From: Paraspadella gotoi
Lineage: Eukaryota > Animalia > Chaetognatha
Length of the DNA: 64,000 nt
Direction of reading: 5' to 3'
NCBI GenBank assembly: GCA_051294375.1
Contig: CM119268.1
Coordinates: 3,635,616 to 3,699,615, forward strand
Position 1 is the first letter of the stretch, and the number at the start of each line of letters is the position of its first letter. The notes under the pieces are model-generated. The model was not told the DNA's origin. It worked only from the letters and a program-made list of their open reading frames with translations, and made no database searches. Made by a program: the position numbers and the translations under genes. Below are positions 24,735-38,820 of this stretch, piece by piece.

Positions 24735-25688
24735 GGTATTTCGGGACTTTTTGACGGTTGTTCGTTCGTTTATTATTCGTTTGTTCGTTTCTTCTTTGTT
24801 TATTTGTTCGTTAATTACTTTCCGACTTACTTCCTTCTTTTTATTATATATTTATTTTTATGTTCATTTTATTCAATAATTCAGTCTTCCATTCATTCAT
24901 TCATTCATGCATTCACTCATTCATTCATTCACTTGTTTTTTTTTCATTCATTCAATCATGACAACATTCGTTTGGATACGAATGATATTTCCTCCTTAAT
25001 ATCTCTTCATTAATATCTCTTCCTTAATATATTTTCCTTAATATCTCCTCCTTAATATCTCCTCCCTAATATCACTAACTTAATATCTCCTCCTTAATAT
25101 TTCCTCCCTTTTCCTCTTTTTTTCTCTCTTAAGCTTTTTTTTCTCCGAGCGTCAAAAGCGAGGACCTCGGGTCTCCCATTCAAAACCAAGTTCACCTCTA
25201 ACCCTTATCATTCTCCCCCCTCCCTCTCCCCTTACCGCCCCCCTTCTCCCCCCTTTCTTTTTTTTAAATACAGTTTTATTTTCTCAGTTTTTTTTTCTAT
25301 TTTTTTCATACGTATATTTAATTATTTCCCTTAAATTTTCATTATCTCCCAATTAACCTGTTATTTTTTTTTCATATTTCCTTCCTTAATAAATTGTGTC
25401 TCTATTTTAATCTTACTTCTTTCAATGCGACCTTTTCTCTATCCCTTTCTTTATCCCTTTCACTATCCCTTTAACTATCCCCTCTCTATTTCCTTAATTC
25501 TCCCTTCTCTTTCTCTTTCTTCCTTAATTTTCCCTTCTCCTCCCTTTTTTCTTTCCCCCTCATTTTTCCTCCTCTTCTCCTTTTTCCTCTTCCCCCTCCC
25601 GCCTTTTTTTTTCGATCGTTGGTTCCTTTGAAGCCTTTTTTTGATCTCTGCGACGCGATTAATCGATCTCCATGGTTACCGGGTCGTT

Positions 25689-25735
<47 letters not shown>

Positions 25736-26742
25736 TTCGCTTTTGGACGTTATCATTGACGTTATCGTCATCATCATCGTCGTCGTGCCTTGATAACAAA
25801 TTTATAATCTCTTAAATCTCTTAAATCTTAATTTTTAATCTCTTAAATCTCTGTCACGTGTTGTCGTCGTCGCTATGGTAACGTCTCTTCATCTTCGGTT
25901 TTTTTTACGGTCGTGATTTTTTTTTTCTTTTTGTTTTCGGAGCATTAGCTTCAGAGCTAAAAATTACTGAAAAAAAAAAAGCAATATTAATAAAATAAAT
26001 CTTTAGACTTATTTTTCGCGATGCTGTGATTTTTGCTACGTCGCGCATCCAGTGGCAGCGGACCGGCAAGGGAGCGGGGTAGCGAGGCATCTGAGGGCAT
26101 CTGGGCAGCGGAGCGGCGGAGCGGCAGCGAGCAGCATAGCGGTCCAGCAGGTGCCGCTACGTAACGAGGGAGCGGGACGCGGCTAAGCGGTTGAATATCC
26201 ATAACTTTTCGCCCTTGACTGTCAAAGGTTTAACCCGCGGAAAAAACTCGTTGCCCGAATCCATTCGGGTCAACTTCACTTCTGACCTCTTCTTCTTCTT
26301 CTTCATGGGGACCCACTAACTTTAACTCGGCGCGATTCTCGATTTCTCACCATCGAACTTACCCGAGTGGTAATAGTAATAGTATAGTAATAGTAATAAA
26401 AGTAGTATCGAGAGAAAATTCAACTTGACTTTCTGGGCTATGATTTTTTAAGAAAGTTCTTGCACAATCTCATCTAAATGTATTTGCGTTTGCATCTGAA
26501 AGTAATTACGATTGCATCTGAATTTAAATGTAGTTCCATCCGAATGTAATTGCAAGCTGATTTAAATCTGCTTGCAAAATCCAATCTTATCTTTATGCAT
26601 GTATAAATAATGTATTTATAATTTATTTATAATCCACTTATTCGTGGGTACTAGCGACTAAGTCGGCTTGCAAGATCTTCTGAATATAAAAATATCATCT
26701 CCAAGAGCTGACATTGTCAGAGATGGTTATTTAATATGATCT

Positions 26743-27009
26743 TATGAAATTGGTACAACCAATATAAAAATTATCCATTCATTTAATAAATAAGCTATCT
26801 TGCCCCTGACTTTGGACAGGCTTTGGTGGTTTAAGGCCTCCATCACTCTTACAAGATAATTACATAGCAGGTCCCTGCAAGCTTTCAATCAAGACTCTCT
26901 CACAGTCCCGTTTATTCACTCCCAGAGTACCTGGCTTCCCTATCAATGAAGTGGAAAATATTTCAAAGAATGTTTCAATTGTACGAAAAGACCACTCCCT
27001 TAAGTATTA
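26743..27009. repeat. Dispersed ~270-bp repeat, family A (unclassified)
   Basis: ATGAAATTGGTACAACCAATATAAAAATTATC...GACCACTCCCTTAAGTATTA recurs at 56830-57098, partly at 57155-57254, and in diverged form at 42231-42340 and 6448-6550. Confidence 0.9.
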
Positions 27010-28234
27010 TATGAGTATTATATGAGATGGAATTTTTCAATCTCATTTACATATTGCAGTATTAAATCTAAATTGTCTATTTTCATTTTGAATTTGGATA
27101 TTAGTTCTGTTTTATGGTTTTCCAGTAGCTAAATATAGTCTTTAGCAATGTTAATGATTAAAATTTGTCATAGTAATATTTTAACTAATTAAATAATAAT
27201 AATACTTTATTATTTTATTACTTAAAGAGTTAATTTGCTCATATTTATGCTCTTATAACTTGTTTGAATGTATCTGCAATCTCATTTAAATGCGTTTTCT
27301 TTCGTTGAAAAGATAAAATAAAATAAAAAAATGTGTTTGCAATGTTATCTATATGTATTTACATGATGCAGAAAAAAAATTTGCCAACTTTCCCTATTTC
27401 TTGGATGAGATTTCCACATTCCATTGTCCCATCCCACTTCTCGACCCCCTTTTTTCTTACCCCCCCTTCCTCGCCCCGTCGCCCTTCTCCCCTTCCATAT
27501 CCCCAAACCGCACAATCACCATAACTCCCTCTCGATCTTTCTTCGTTCCTTATTTTTGACCCCGCGTGACCTTTGAGGGATTTTCTTGGCATTAGCGTTT
27601 TTTCCCACAGTCGATGTCGAACCCAGGGATAAAAAGCGAAGCTATCTCGTGATTATTTTAAAGAAAACCGCACACGTATGCCATTGCATTGATTTTTCTT
27701 TCTCACTGGCTTTTCTCTCTCTCTCCTCTGCTCCCTCGTTTTGTCTCTGTCTTCTGTTCGGATCTCGTTCCGTCTCTGGGCGTCTTGTGCGGTGGGTTCC
27801 TCGTGCGGCTCTCTCTCGGCTCTCGTTCGTGCTCTTCTCTCGCTCCTGCTTCTCTCTAGAAGCGTCCCTCGGGATGGTTGCGACTGTGTTGAACGTGTCG
27901 CCGTGTGAAAAGCCAAAAGTGGTGAATCACTCAAAGTAGTTTAATGGCGAAGGTTTAAGTTTGAAATTCTTGTTTACGTGCGAAAATGGGCATGCGACAT
28001 GATTGTGCGTTTGCGTGAAAAAGCATGTAGGATTCTCTTGAAATATTAACTCATAATAGCTATAATAATTTAATTTTTGTAAAGTAATTTTTGCTTCAAT
28101 TTACAGCGAAGTTTGTTTATTTCATTACTATTTCTCGCAATTCGGTTATCAATCGCATTTTCCCTCACAGTCCGAGAAGTACTTACTAACTCGTTAACTC
28201 TCGTACTTCTTCCCTTCATCCTCTCTCTTCCTCT

Positions 28235-28272
<38 letters not shown>

Positions 28273-28398
28273 CTCGTCTTCTCTCTCTCTCTGTGTGTTC
28301 TTTCTATCTTTTCTCTTTTACTCTCTCCTTTCGCTCTCTGTCTTTGAGACGTCTGTTTTCTTTGCCAAACTACTTTGAGTCTCTCTCCTCTCCTCTCT

Positions 28399-28436
<38 letters not shown>

Positions 28437-28575
28437 CTCATCTTCTCTCTCTCTCTCTTCCCCCTGTTCGGCTGAGATTTAATTTTTCAGCTTTTTTCAT
28501 AGAATGTGAAGCAAAAAGAAAGAAAAAAAGCGAATAACGCATGAATAAAAGAAGAGAAAAACATCTCTCTCTCTT

Positions 28576-28625
<50 letters not shown>

Positions 28626-29883
28626 GTCTCTCTCCTCTCTCTCTCTTCTCTCTCTCTCTCTGCCAAAAAAAAAGCTTGGAATGAAGTAGAGTAATTTTAA
28701 GTTAGAAAAAACAAGACTTTGGCAATGCTTCGTCACTTCCTGGTCAGCTTTCTTAAGTCGCTCTTACTCAAGTATATAGTGTCATCATTGTCTATTTTTG
28801 TTCAGTCCTTAGCCAGTGTCGTCACGTCAGTTTTCAATGTTCTTACTAAGCTTAGTGTTCCAGAGAAGGTGCGTCTCCTTCAGAGATGTCTGTAGTCGTT
28901 AATGGTTGATTTGTCTGCTTCTGGTGTGTACGTGACTAGTTTCGCCACATCCTCTTCTGTTCACTCACACTTTGTGTCAATTTACACTGACAAGTTTTGT
29001 CACAGTTTTATAAGAACTTCACTGTGTATTTAATCTTGTTAATCTTTGTCAGTTCTCTCTCTCGTTTCTATTCTGTCTTTCCATTCAGTTTGTATCATTA
29101 GGTCATTTTTGGTCATTCATCATAGGTATGATTTAAGTTGTTACTTTTGTCCGTTTAAAGATTCACAAATCTCTCTAATATGGTCACCTGGCTCTCTAGC
29201 CCAAGCTTTCAGTTTCCTTTTTTGTTCTTTCTTTGTCTGTTTGGGTCACCTGAGAAACTTTGGGGTGATAACTCATGAGTAACTATGTGATATAATGACA
29301 TTCCTGTCAGAATCGTCCTCTGCCTCTTCTCATTTCTGTCTGTTTTATCATTATCATTCTCTACCCAACTATCATTATCATAATCATTCTACACCCAACT
29401 ATTATTATCATAATCATTCACCAATGCACTGTCATTATCATTATCCACTCCATTCTCATTATCATAATCATTCTCCACTCCACCATCATTATTATCTTCA
29501 TTCTCCACTCCACTATCATTATCATTAACATTCTCCACACCTCCACGCATTTTAATTCTTATCGCCCGACTTCTCTTCGCTCCGCGTTTCCCTCTTTTTA
29601 TCTCCATCGTCGACTTTAAATAAACAAAAGATAAAAAAAAAAAGTTTTAATAAAACTGAAGATTTTTTTATAGATTTTAATTTCGCGATAGCGAAATTAA
29701 TTTTCGAGACACATGTATATATAAACAATTGTTTTCGAGTTTAACTAAATAATACTTTCTCCCAGTTGACTATTCGCACATTTCCTGCTTGGATGACGCC
29801 CGTCCTTGAAAGCCTGACGCCCAAAACAGCTTTTTCTTTTCTTCCGGCTTCTTGCGTCTTCATAGCCTGACACCTTGAAGGTG

Positions 29884-30056
29884 CGAGTTCGATGTTGGCG
29901 GCGTCAAGAGTTTGAAGTTTGCGTCGCCAAAAGTTAGAAGTATGCGGCGCTAAGAGGTTCAGGTTTGCGTAGCCAATAGTTCGAGTTTTGCAGCGCCACG
30001 AGTTCGAGTTTTGCAGCGCCAAGAGTTCCAGGTTTGCGGCGCCTAGAGTTCGAGAT
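29884..30056. repeat. 23-bp diverged minisatellite (~7 copies)
   Basis: Consensus close to GAGTTCGAGTTTTGCAGCGCCAA, repeated head to tail. Confidence 0.8.
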
Positions 30057-30830
30057 TTCTACTTCATCATAGTTTTTCTCGTTTTTTTCTAAAACTTCGC
30101 TACGGACTCTCCGCCTTAAGAGTTGGATTCATTTAAAACTCATTCGTCTTACGTTTTTTTTCTTCACGTGATCGAGCGGTAGTGAGTTCTCTCGGACTTA
30201 AACCAGGTGTTATTCTATCTTTCCGTGACTCTATGCAGCGCACAGTAAGCGCATACCGCCAGGATAGATGTGCCAGCCTCATTACATAGCGAATTTAAAT
30301 TGTGATTAAATTGATTAAAATCTCAACCCGCCTTACTATTCCTTTGATCTTCACCGCCCGTCACAAATCGCGCGATCCATTTACTCCGATGGCTCCGACC
30401 TCACGACATCACGTGAAACGAGGCTCGTCCCTGGCTGAGGGGTCTGACCCTCGCGTCAACAGCGCCGCCTCGTGGAAGATCGTAAAAACAAAACAAAACA
30501 AAAGTCGAAGAGGGGAGGGAGGGAGGGAGGAGGAGGAGGAGGAGGAGGAGGAAAATGAAGACGAGAAGAACAGGAGTCGATTTTACGATGAAGATAAGGA
30601 AAGAGGAATTCTTCTCTCGAGAGTGGGGTCGAGAAAGGGTTGGGTGAAGTATGGGTGAGTGATGGATTGGTGGGTAATCGGTGAATGCGTGAGAGATTGT
30701 AGATTCAATTTGTGAGCAAATGATGAGTGAGAAGAAAAAAGGCTCGAGTGATTGGGAGACGGATCGAGAGAATTCGCAAGCATTTAAAAATTTGAAATCA
30801 AACATTATCAAAACAATGTTGAAAATAAGT

Positions 30831-30903
30831 TGCCGAAACCCGGGATTGAACCAGGGACCTTTAGATCTTCAGTCTAACGCTCTCCCGACTGAGCTATTTC
30901 GGC
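30831..30903 (-). tRNA. tRNA-Phe: tRNA-Phe(GAA)
   Basis: Reverse complement GCCGAAATAGCTCAGTCGGGAGAGCGTTAGACTGAAGATCTAAAGGTCCCTGGTTCAATCCCGGGTTTCGGCA, 73 nt, canonical metazoan tRNA-Phe, with a T4 run a few bases downstream. Confidence 0.97.
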
Positions 30904-33712
30904 AGTTGACTAAAAGTCGAAATGGTAACTTTGTAAGCTAACCATTTCGTTTCTGGATTAATGAAATCGCCTTTCCTGTTATCTTTCCTTGTGAAGAAAG
31001 CCTATAAGTTAAATCTGAAATGATTTGACAAGAGAAAGAATTTAAAAAAAAAACAAAGTGACTTTTTGATATCTTCCTACCGATAGAATAATATGGAAAA
31101 CAAAGAACAATATAAAACATAGAGAAACGACGGATAAATCTGGAATAATCTTGACAACAACTTGTCATTAACGTTTCCTCCGGACAGTTTGAGGGCCGAC
31201 ATATAAAATTTTCCTTTCCCCCCCCCCTCCCGCGCGGAATAATAAATCAATTTACATTCGCGACGGAAGGAAAATATAACAAAATTGAAACTTAAATGTT
31301 AGAACGAACGGCGGGAAAATCGATTGAATATAATTAAGGAAATTAAGAGAAATGAAGGGAGGAAATTATATTTCCAGCGGAAATGGAGAAGGGGGGGAGA
31401 GAGGGCGGTAATGGGGGGAGAGAAGGGGTGAGTTTAGGTAAAGGATAAATGTGGAGTGAAAGGGGAAAGGGGTGAGAGGAGAAGAGACAGATTTAGAAGA
31501 GGTAAGGCATTAAGGAGGAGTGAAAGGGAAGGGACATTCATGTTTTCACGCGATTTAATTTCACTCCCTTTTCCTCCCCCCTTCTCCATCCTTTTCCCTC
31601 TTCTTTTCCTTCTCCCCCCTCCCTCTCCTTATTACTTCTCCTTTTATTTCTATTATTTCTTTCCTCTTATATTCCCTTCCCCTCCTCCCCTCCAATATAG
31701 ACGTGATCACAGTAGCTTCCGAACTCGCCACACCACTTTCGCCGCCTCGTCATGGATACCTCGTCCCTCATCACGCTCCTTCCGCATCCATCTCTTTCTC
31801 GACCCTGCCCCTGCCCCTCCCCTCCCTCCGCCTCCTCCCTGCGCCTCCCCTCCCGCTTTCATACCTCTCTCCGTACACTCTTCTCTCCTCCCTAGACCCT
31901 AGCGTTCACCACCAGACTGTGCCGATCCCGCGCTCCTGTCCCCTATATCGACGCGAGCCGTTGTGGCATTCTAGGATCCTCGTTTCCCTTTATTTATTTT
32001 TTTATTTCTCTTCTCTCTCTCTATCTCTCTCTCTCTCTCTCTACTCTTTCTCTCTCTCTCTCTCTCCTCTCTCCGTCGGCGACATTTCCTTCGCCGATCG
32101 TGAAGGTCCGCATAAATTTGAAGTTTGCCGCCAAAAAAAAAAAAAATGCGCGCCAACAGCCGGAAAACGAAAATGAAAAAATTTTCCTATTTTGCCGATT
32201 TTTTTTTTTTTTTTTTTTATTTTCATTGAATTTTGATAAAAGGTTTTTTTTTTTAATTTGATTTTCTTGTGGTTTTTGGCAATTTTTATTTATTTTTTTT
32301 TTTTTGTTTATTTTCGCATTTTTCATTCGTCTTGCTACGTGTTCGTGTCCGGTCCACAGTTGAGTTGCAGGGAAACCTACGGGTTGAGGCATGGGTTCGT
32401 GGGGGGGGGTTTGCAGAATGAGTAGGCTTGTTTTATATTTAGATCTGGGTCCAGCAACATTAAAAAAAATTAATAGTTTAAGTTTTCAATTAAACTTGGA
32501 AATTCTTTTAAAATTACCAGGACGCGGATATATTAATTTAGAAAAGCAGAGGCGAGAAATAAAAAAAAGAATCTATTTTTGCACGAATCAGAAGGAAAAG
32601 GTCAAAATTTTTCTGTCAAAAAAGATCGAGAAAAAAATACGAAGAAAAAGAAAAAAGGAAAAAAATAAATAAGAAAGAAATAAAAGAGAAATAGAGAAAG
32701 AAAAAGAAAAATGAAAGAAAAAAAAAAAGAAAAAAAAAAAGAAAAAAAGAAAAAAAAAAAAGAAAAAAGAAAAAGAAAAAAAAAAAAGAAGACAAGAATC
32801 GACGGTTTCATTTTCTTTTCATCTTTGCAAATTTTTTTTCTTTTGCTCATTTTTGTCGATTTCTTTTCTCGTTTCTGTCGCAGTCTCTCTCTCTCTCTCT
32901 CTCTCATCTTCTCTCTCCTCTCTCTCTTTCTCATCTCTCTCTCTCTCTCTTCTGTCTCTCTCTCTTCTCTCTCTCTCTCTTATCTCCCGCTTTTTTATTC
33001 TTTCATTTCCCCTCCCACTTTTTTTTATTTTCTCTTTTCTTCCTTTGGAAATTTTTTATGCACCGTCGTATTCGTCGTCGTCGTCACCGTCGTCGCGGTC
33101 GTCGTCGTCGTCGTCACCCGTCCCTCCCGCCGGAGGGGACGGCGTCAGATTGCGTCGGGGCGTCCAATAGCCAGCGGCGCCGCGCTAAATAAGCTTTTCT
33201 TTTTTTTCTGACTCTTTTTTCCCATTTTTTTCCTTTTTTCTTTCATTTTTTTCTATTATTTTTTTAGTCATTTTTTTTCCTCCCAAGTTTTTCCTTCCTG
33301 CGTCATTTTTTTATATTTTAGTTAGATATAAAACTTTTTTCTTAAATATTTCCATTTTCAATTCAATTTTTTTTTTAGAATATTCTCTTTTTTTTTTAGA
33401 TTTCTGACTTTCAATTTTTTTTGGGTGACTTAAACCCAAGGACATTCGCACTGAAATTTAAAAGTTATGTAGAAAGATTAATTATGAAGTCAATTTCAGC
33501 GATGAACTTGAACATAAGGAACTTACTTAGTTTATCTTGATAATATATACAAAATAAACCAAGAATACTCTGCAACCGATTCCCTTTTGTTTGACCTTTT
33601 TCGTGTTTTTCTCTCCAGACGTCGCTTTTGTTTTTCCCGAAAAAATCGAGATTCGGCGACGAAATTTATTGAAGATCGTTGAACCAAAATGAAGGCCGTC
33701 GCCAAACCCAAG

Positions 33713-33962
33713 CGTCGCGCACCATAGATGGCGCTACGCATCATTGACTGCGTCGCGCAAAATAGATGGCGCTACGCGTCATTGACAACGTCGCGCACTA
33801 TAGCGTAGTGCAACGTAGATGACGCTTTGTGTCATTGACAGTGTCGCGCAACGTTGCGTTGTGAAGCAACGATGGCGCTATTACGTATCATTAACAGCGA
33901 CCTGTAGCATAGTGTTACGTACCGTAGATGAAACTACATATCGTTTTCAGCGTCGCGCACCA
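33713..33962 (+). repeat. 38-bp minisatellite carrying AGATGGCGCT, degenerating 3'
   Basis: CGTCGCGCA...TAGATGGCGCTACGC.TCATTGAC units start at 33713, 33751 and 33789, followed by longer degenerate units. Confidence 0.8.
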
Positions 33963-34204
33963 AAACCATCTTTGGCCATAGCAGACCTGATTCTGTTTCG
34001 CCAGCGCCGCAAAAAAATGTTGCATACTTCATGTAATGGGCACATATTTAGCTTGCCTTCAAAGCTAAACATTCCAGTAATGCTCTCTCTCTCTCTCTCT
34101 CTCGTCGTCTTCTCTCATCTCTCTTTCGTTCTCTCCTCTCGCTCCCCCATTCCCTTCGATGTTTCTCTCTATTTATCGTCGGCTTGACCCGGATTTCGTC
34201 GCCT

Positions 34205-34736
34205 AAAAACCGACAACTTCTCTCTAGGATCGCTTATGTCAAGGAGGAAAAACGTGAAGGGAAAATCTGCTCTGTCTCATCCTCTCTTCTCCTACTCTCG
34301 CTCTCATCACGATCTTCTCTTCTCTCTACTCGTCTAGCTTCGTCTTCGATCTCTATCTCACGTGTATCTCCTATTCCTCTCTCTCTGCTCTGCTAATTTA
34401 AATTAAAGACGAATTAAAGAAAGTCTGTCACTCGCATGCTTTGCTTTTCTTTTGCCAAAAGGATACTAATACTCAGAGGAATTTAAACATTAGACATTAA
34501 ACCAAGTTGAACAAAGAGACAATATTAACTAATAAGTCCAAAAATATGATTTTATGTTCAACTATAATTAAAATCATTAAAAAGTAAACAAATTATTCGA
34601 AATTTAATTAATCTAAAATAAATGTTGATCAAATAAGTTAAGTAAGTTAGACAAAAATATAAATGATTTTAAATTAAATTTCGAAAAACGAAGATATGAC
34701 AAAAAACTTGACGACGATGAAAACGACAAATTTGAT

Positions 34737-34772
<36 letters not shown>

Positions 34773-34850
34773 TACGACTACGACGACGACAACGACGACG
34801 CCCCTTAACCACGAGTCTCTTCCTGGTTGTTTATCTTCTTTGTTTTTTGC

Positions 34851-34898
<48 letters not shown>

Positions 34899-37427
34899 CG
34901 TCTCTCTCTCTCTCTCTCTTCTCTCTCTCTGCTCTCTCTCTCTCTCCCCTCCCTCTTTTTTCGTTTTCGTCGGTGTTCACAACGCTTCGTCTGTCGTTAA
35001 GTATAGCAGAAAACACTGCTTTTGTTTTTTTTTTTTCACTCGTTGAAGGTCGTTCTCTTAGTCGTANNNNNNNNNNNNNNNNNNNNNNNNNAGAGAGAGA
35101 GAGAGAGAGAGAGGCAAAAACAAAGAAGATAAACAACCAGGAAGAGAACCGTAAACAACGAAGAAAAAGTTAAGAGAAAAAAAAAACAGGATTTTTTTCT
35201 TGTNNNNNNNNNNNNNNNNNNNNNNNNNNNNNNNNNNNNNNNNNNNNNNNNNNNNNNNNNNNNNNNNNNNNNNNNNNNNNNNNNNNNNNNNNNNNNNNNN
35301 NNNNNNNNNNNNNNNNNNNNNNNNNNNNNNNNNNNNNNNNNNNNNNNNNNNNNNNNNNNNNNNNNNNNNNNNNNNNNNNNNNNNNNNNNNNNNNNNNNNN
35401 NNNNNNNNNNNNNNNNNNNNNNNNNNNNNNNNNNNNNNNNNNNNNNNNNNNNNNNNNNNNNNNNNNNNNNNNNNNNNNNNNNNNNNNNNNNNNNNNNNNN
35501 NNNNNNNNNNNNNNNNNNNNNNNNNNNNNNNNNNNNNNNNNNNNNNNNNNAGGGAAATTATCGATAGATGCATCTGATTGATCAAGTAGCTTGCCTCTTG
35601 GATATGATTGATAAAGCATCGTGCCTCTTTTGTCTTTTCTGTCTTTTCTTTACATTGAAAAAAGGAAGCAGTCTTTAACCTAACCTCAGGAAACTAACAT
35701 CAAATATCCCAAGTGGCAAAACTTTATTAACTTTTTCCTATCTTTGGTATTTTATGTTAAGAACTCTAATTTCTCAGCCTCAGCCCACAAATTATAGTAT
35801 TAAAAAGGATATGGTCAATACTAAACAATAAACGTTAGTAATTGTCGTGATGAAGAAAGATCAACAAAGAGAAAAAAAAGCATGAAAAAGTATTTTAAAG
35901 AAAGTTGACTTTGACTTTTCTTTTCAACTTGAATTCGCCTCCCGTTGAATTGTTAACATTTTCACCAATTGTGATTTTCAGAGTTTGACGTCATTCAAGA
36001 GTTACAACAATAACTGCAACAATAAAAATACCACTAACGCGAAAACCGCAACAGCGAAAACAAAACCAAAACTCAAACGAAAAAAAAACAAAAAACAAAA
36101 CCAATATTTTCGTTAAAATCTTCTTTTTTTTTTTGCGATTCCCTTTTATTCTCCTTTTTATCTTTTTTTTTCCTTTCGATTTCCTCTCTTTTTCCAAAAT
36201 ATTTCGCGTCTCTCCTCCTCCCCTTTTTTGTCATCATTATTGTCTCACGAATGTTTATCGTTCTTCAATATAACGCCTCCGCGCGTCTTCAATATACAGC
36301 GCCTCCATCCTCCCCTTCAATATAGCGCCCTCCGTCGGCGACTGAAAAAAAAGAAAGATATAAAGCGTCGCCGTCACGTCCGTCACGTTTTCGGACTAGC
36401 GGACGCCGCACGGACGCACGCACGGACGCCGCACGGACGCACTAGGGAATCGAAGAGAGACGTGCGCACGAAACTGGCGATCGGACGAACGCACGGAACG
36501 CACGGACGGACGCATGCACGGACGTCCGCACGAACTCGTCAAGGGCGCGAGGTCCGAATCTCGATATCTGTCTTTCGACGGAGTTCATTTTCTGGTCAAC
36601 TCTTCCCTATTGGTGGACTTTGTGACTCTCTCTCTCTCTCNNNNNNNNNNNNNNNNNNNNNNNNNAAAAACAAACGAAAAGAGAATAAAACCGACACTTC
36701 TCTCTAGGAAATCCGCGTATGTCAAGGAGAGAAACGTGAGGGAAAACTACTCTCCTCTCTCTCTCTCCTCCTTCTCTCAGTCTCTACTCTCTCATCTCTC
36801 CTCTCTCTCTCATCTCTTCTCTCCATCTCTTCTCTCGTAATTAAATTAAAGACGAATTAAAGAATAGGTCTGTACTCGCATGCTTGCTTTTCTTTGCCAA
36901 AAGATAACTAAACTTCAGAGGAATTAACATTAGATCATTAAACCAAGTTGAAACAAAGAACAATACTTAACATATAAGTCCAAAAATATGATTTTATGTT
37001 CACTATAATTAAATCATTAAAAATAAACAAATTATTCGAATTTCAATTAATCTAAAATAAAAGTTGATCAAATAAGATTAAGTAAGTTAGACAAAAATAG
37101 TTAAATGATTTAAATTAAATTTCGAAAAACGAAGATATGACAAAAAAAGCTTGACGACGAAGAAACGAGACAATATTTGATGACGAAGACGATACGACGA
37201 CGATGACGACGACGACTACGAACCTACGACGACGACAACGACGACGACACGAGACCGACGACAGCAACAGGACACGACTAAGAGAGACGCCCTCAACGAG
37301 GAAAAAAAAAACGAAATACAAACAGTTTCTGCTTCCATTAACCCGACAGACGACAGCGTTGTGAAACGCCCGACGACAAAAAAGAGGCGAGGGAGAGAGA
37401 AGAGAGAGAGAGAGAGAGAAGAGAGAT

Positions 37428-37468
<41 letters not shown>

Positions 37469-38820
37469 CGCAAGAGACGAGAGAGGCAAAAACAAAGAAG
37501 ATAAGACAACCAGGAAGAGAACCGTAAACAACGAAGAAAAAGTTAAAGAGAAAAAAAAAACAGGATTTTTTCTTGTTTTTTTTTTTCTTTGAGTCAACAA
37601 CAAATAAAGATTTTCTCTAAGAAAAGAAATTTACTGCCAAATTTGAATAAACTCCTCGTCGTTTTAAGAACTGAAAAAATTAAAAACAAAAACATCGAAG
37701 GGAAATACGATAGAGCATCTGATATGATCAAGTGCTTGCCTCTTGATATGATGATAAAGACGTGCCTCTTTTGTCTTATTCTGCTTCTTTCATTGAAAAA
37801 AAGGAAGCAGTCTTAAACCTAACCTCAGGAAAACTTAACATCAAATATCCAAGTGGCAAAACTTTAATTAACTTTTTCCTATCTTTGGGTAATTTATGTT
37901 AAGAACTCTAAAAATTTCTCACCCAGCCCACAATTATACAGTATTAAAAAGGAGAATGGTCAATACTAAACAATAAACGTTAGTAATGTCCGTGATGAAG
38001 AAAGATCAACAACCGAGAAAAAAAAGCATGAAAAGTAATGTTTAAAGAAAGATGACTTTGACTTTCTTTCAACTTGAAATTCGCTCCCGTTGAAATGTTA
38101 ACATTTTCACGCAATTGGATTTCAGAGTTTGACGTCATTCAAAGAGTACAATAACAAATACGTGCAACAATAATAAAAAACGAACTAACGCGAAAAACCC
38201 AACAGCGAAAACAAAACCAAAACCAAAACGAAAAAAAACAAAAACAAAACCAATATTTTCGTAAAATCTTCTTTTTTTTCCGATCTCACCTTTATCTCCT
38301 TTTTATCTTTTTTTTTTTCTTTCGATTTCCTCTCTTTTTCACAAATCTTGCGCGTCTCTCCCCTCCCCTTTTTTTGTCATCATTATTGTCTCACGAATGT
38401 TTATCGTTTCTTCAATATAACGCCTGTCCAGCGCGTCTCTCAAAATATACAAGCGCCCTCCCATCCACTCCCCATTCAATATAGCGCACTCCGTCAGCCC
38501 CGCCCGTACATGAAAAAAAACGAAGATATAAAAGCGTCCGCCGTTTTCACGTCGTCACGTTTTTCGGACTCAGCGGACCGCCGGCATGGACGACCACGCA
38601 CGAGGACGCCGCAACGGGACGCACTAGGAACGAAAGAGAGACGTGCAACACCGAAACTGGCGATCCGGACGAAACGCACGGAACGCACGGACGGACGCAA
38701 TGCACGGAACGTCCGCACGAACTCGTCAAGGCGCGAAGGTCCGAATCTCGAAATCCTGTCTTTCGACGAGTTCATGTTTCTGGCAACTCATTCCCTTATT
38801 GTGACTTGTGACACCTCTCT
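34205..38820. repeat. ~2.2-2.4-kb tandem duplication (34205-36640 vs 36686-38820), probably an assembly artefact
   Basis: Colinear copies differ mainly by scattered 1-nt indels and are separated and interrupted by N spacers. Confidence 0.85.
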
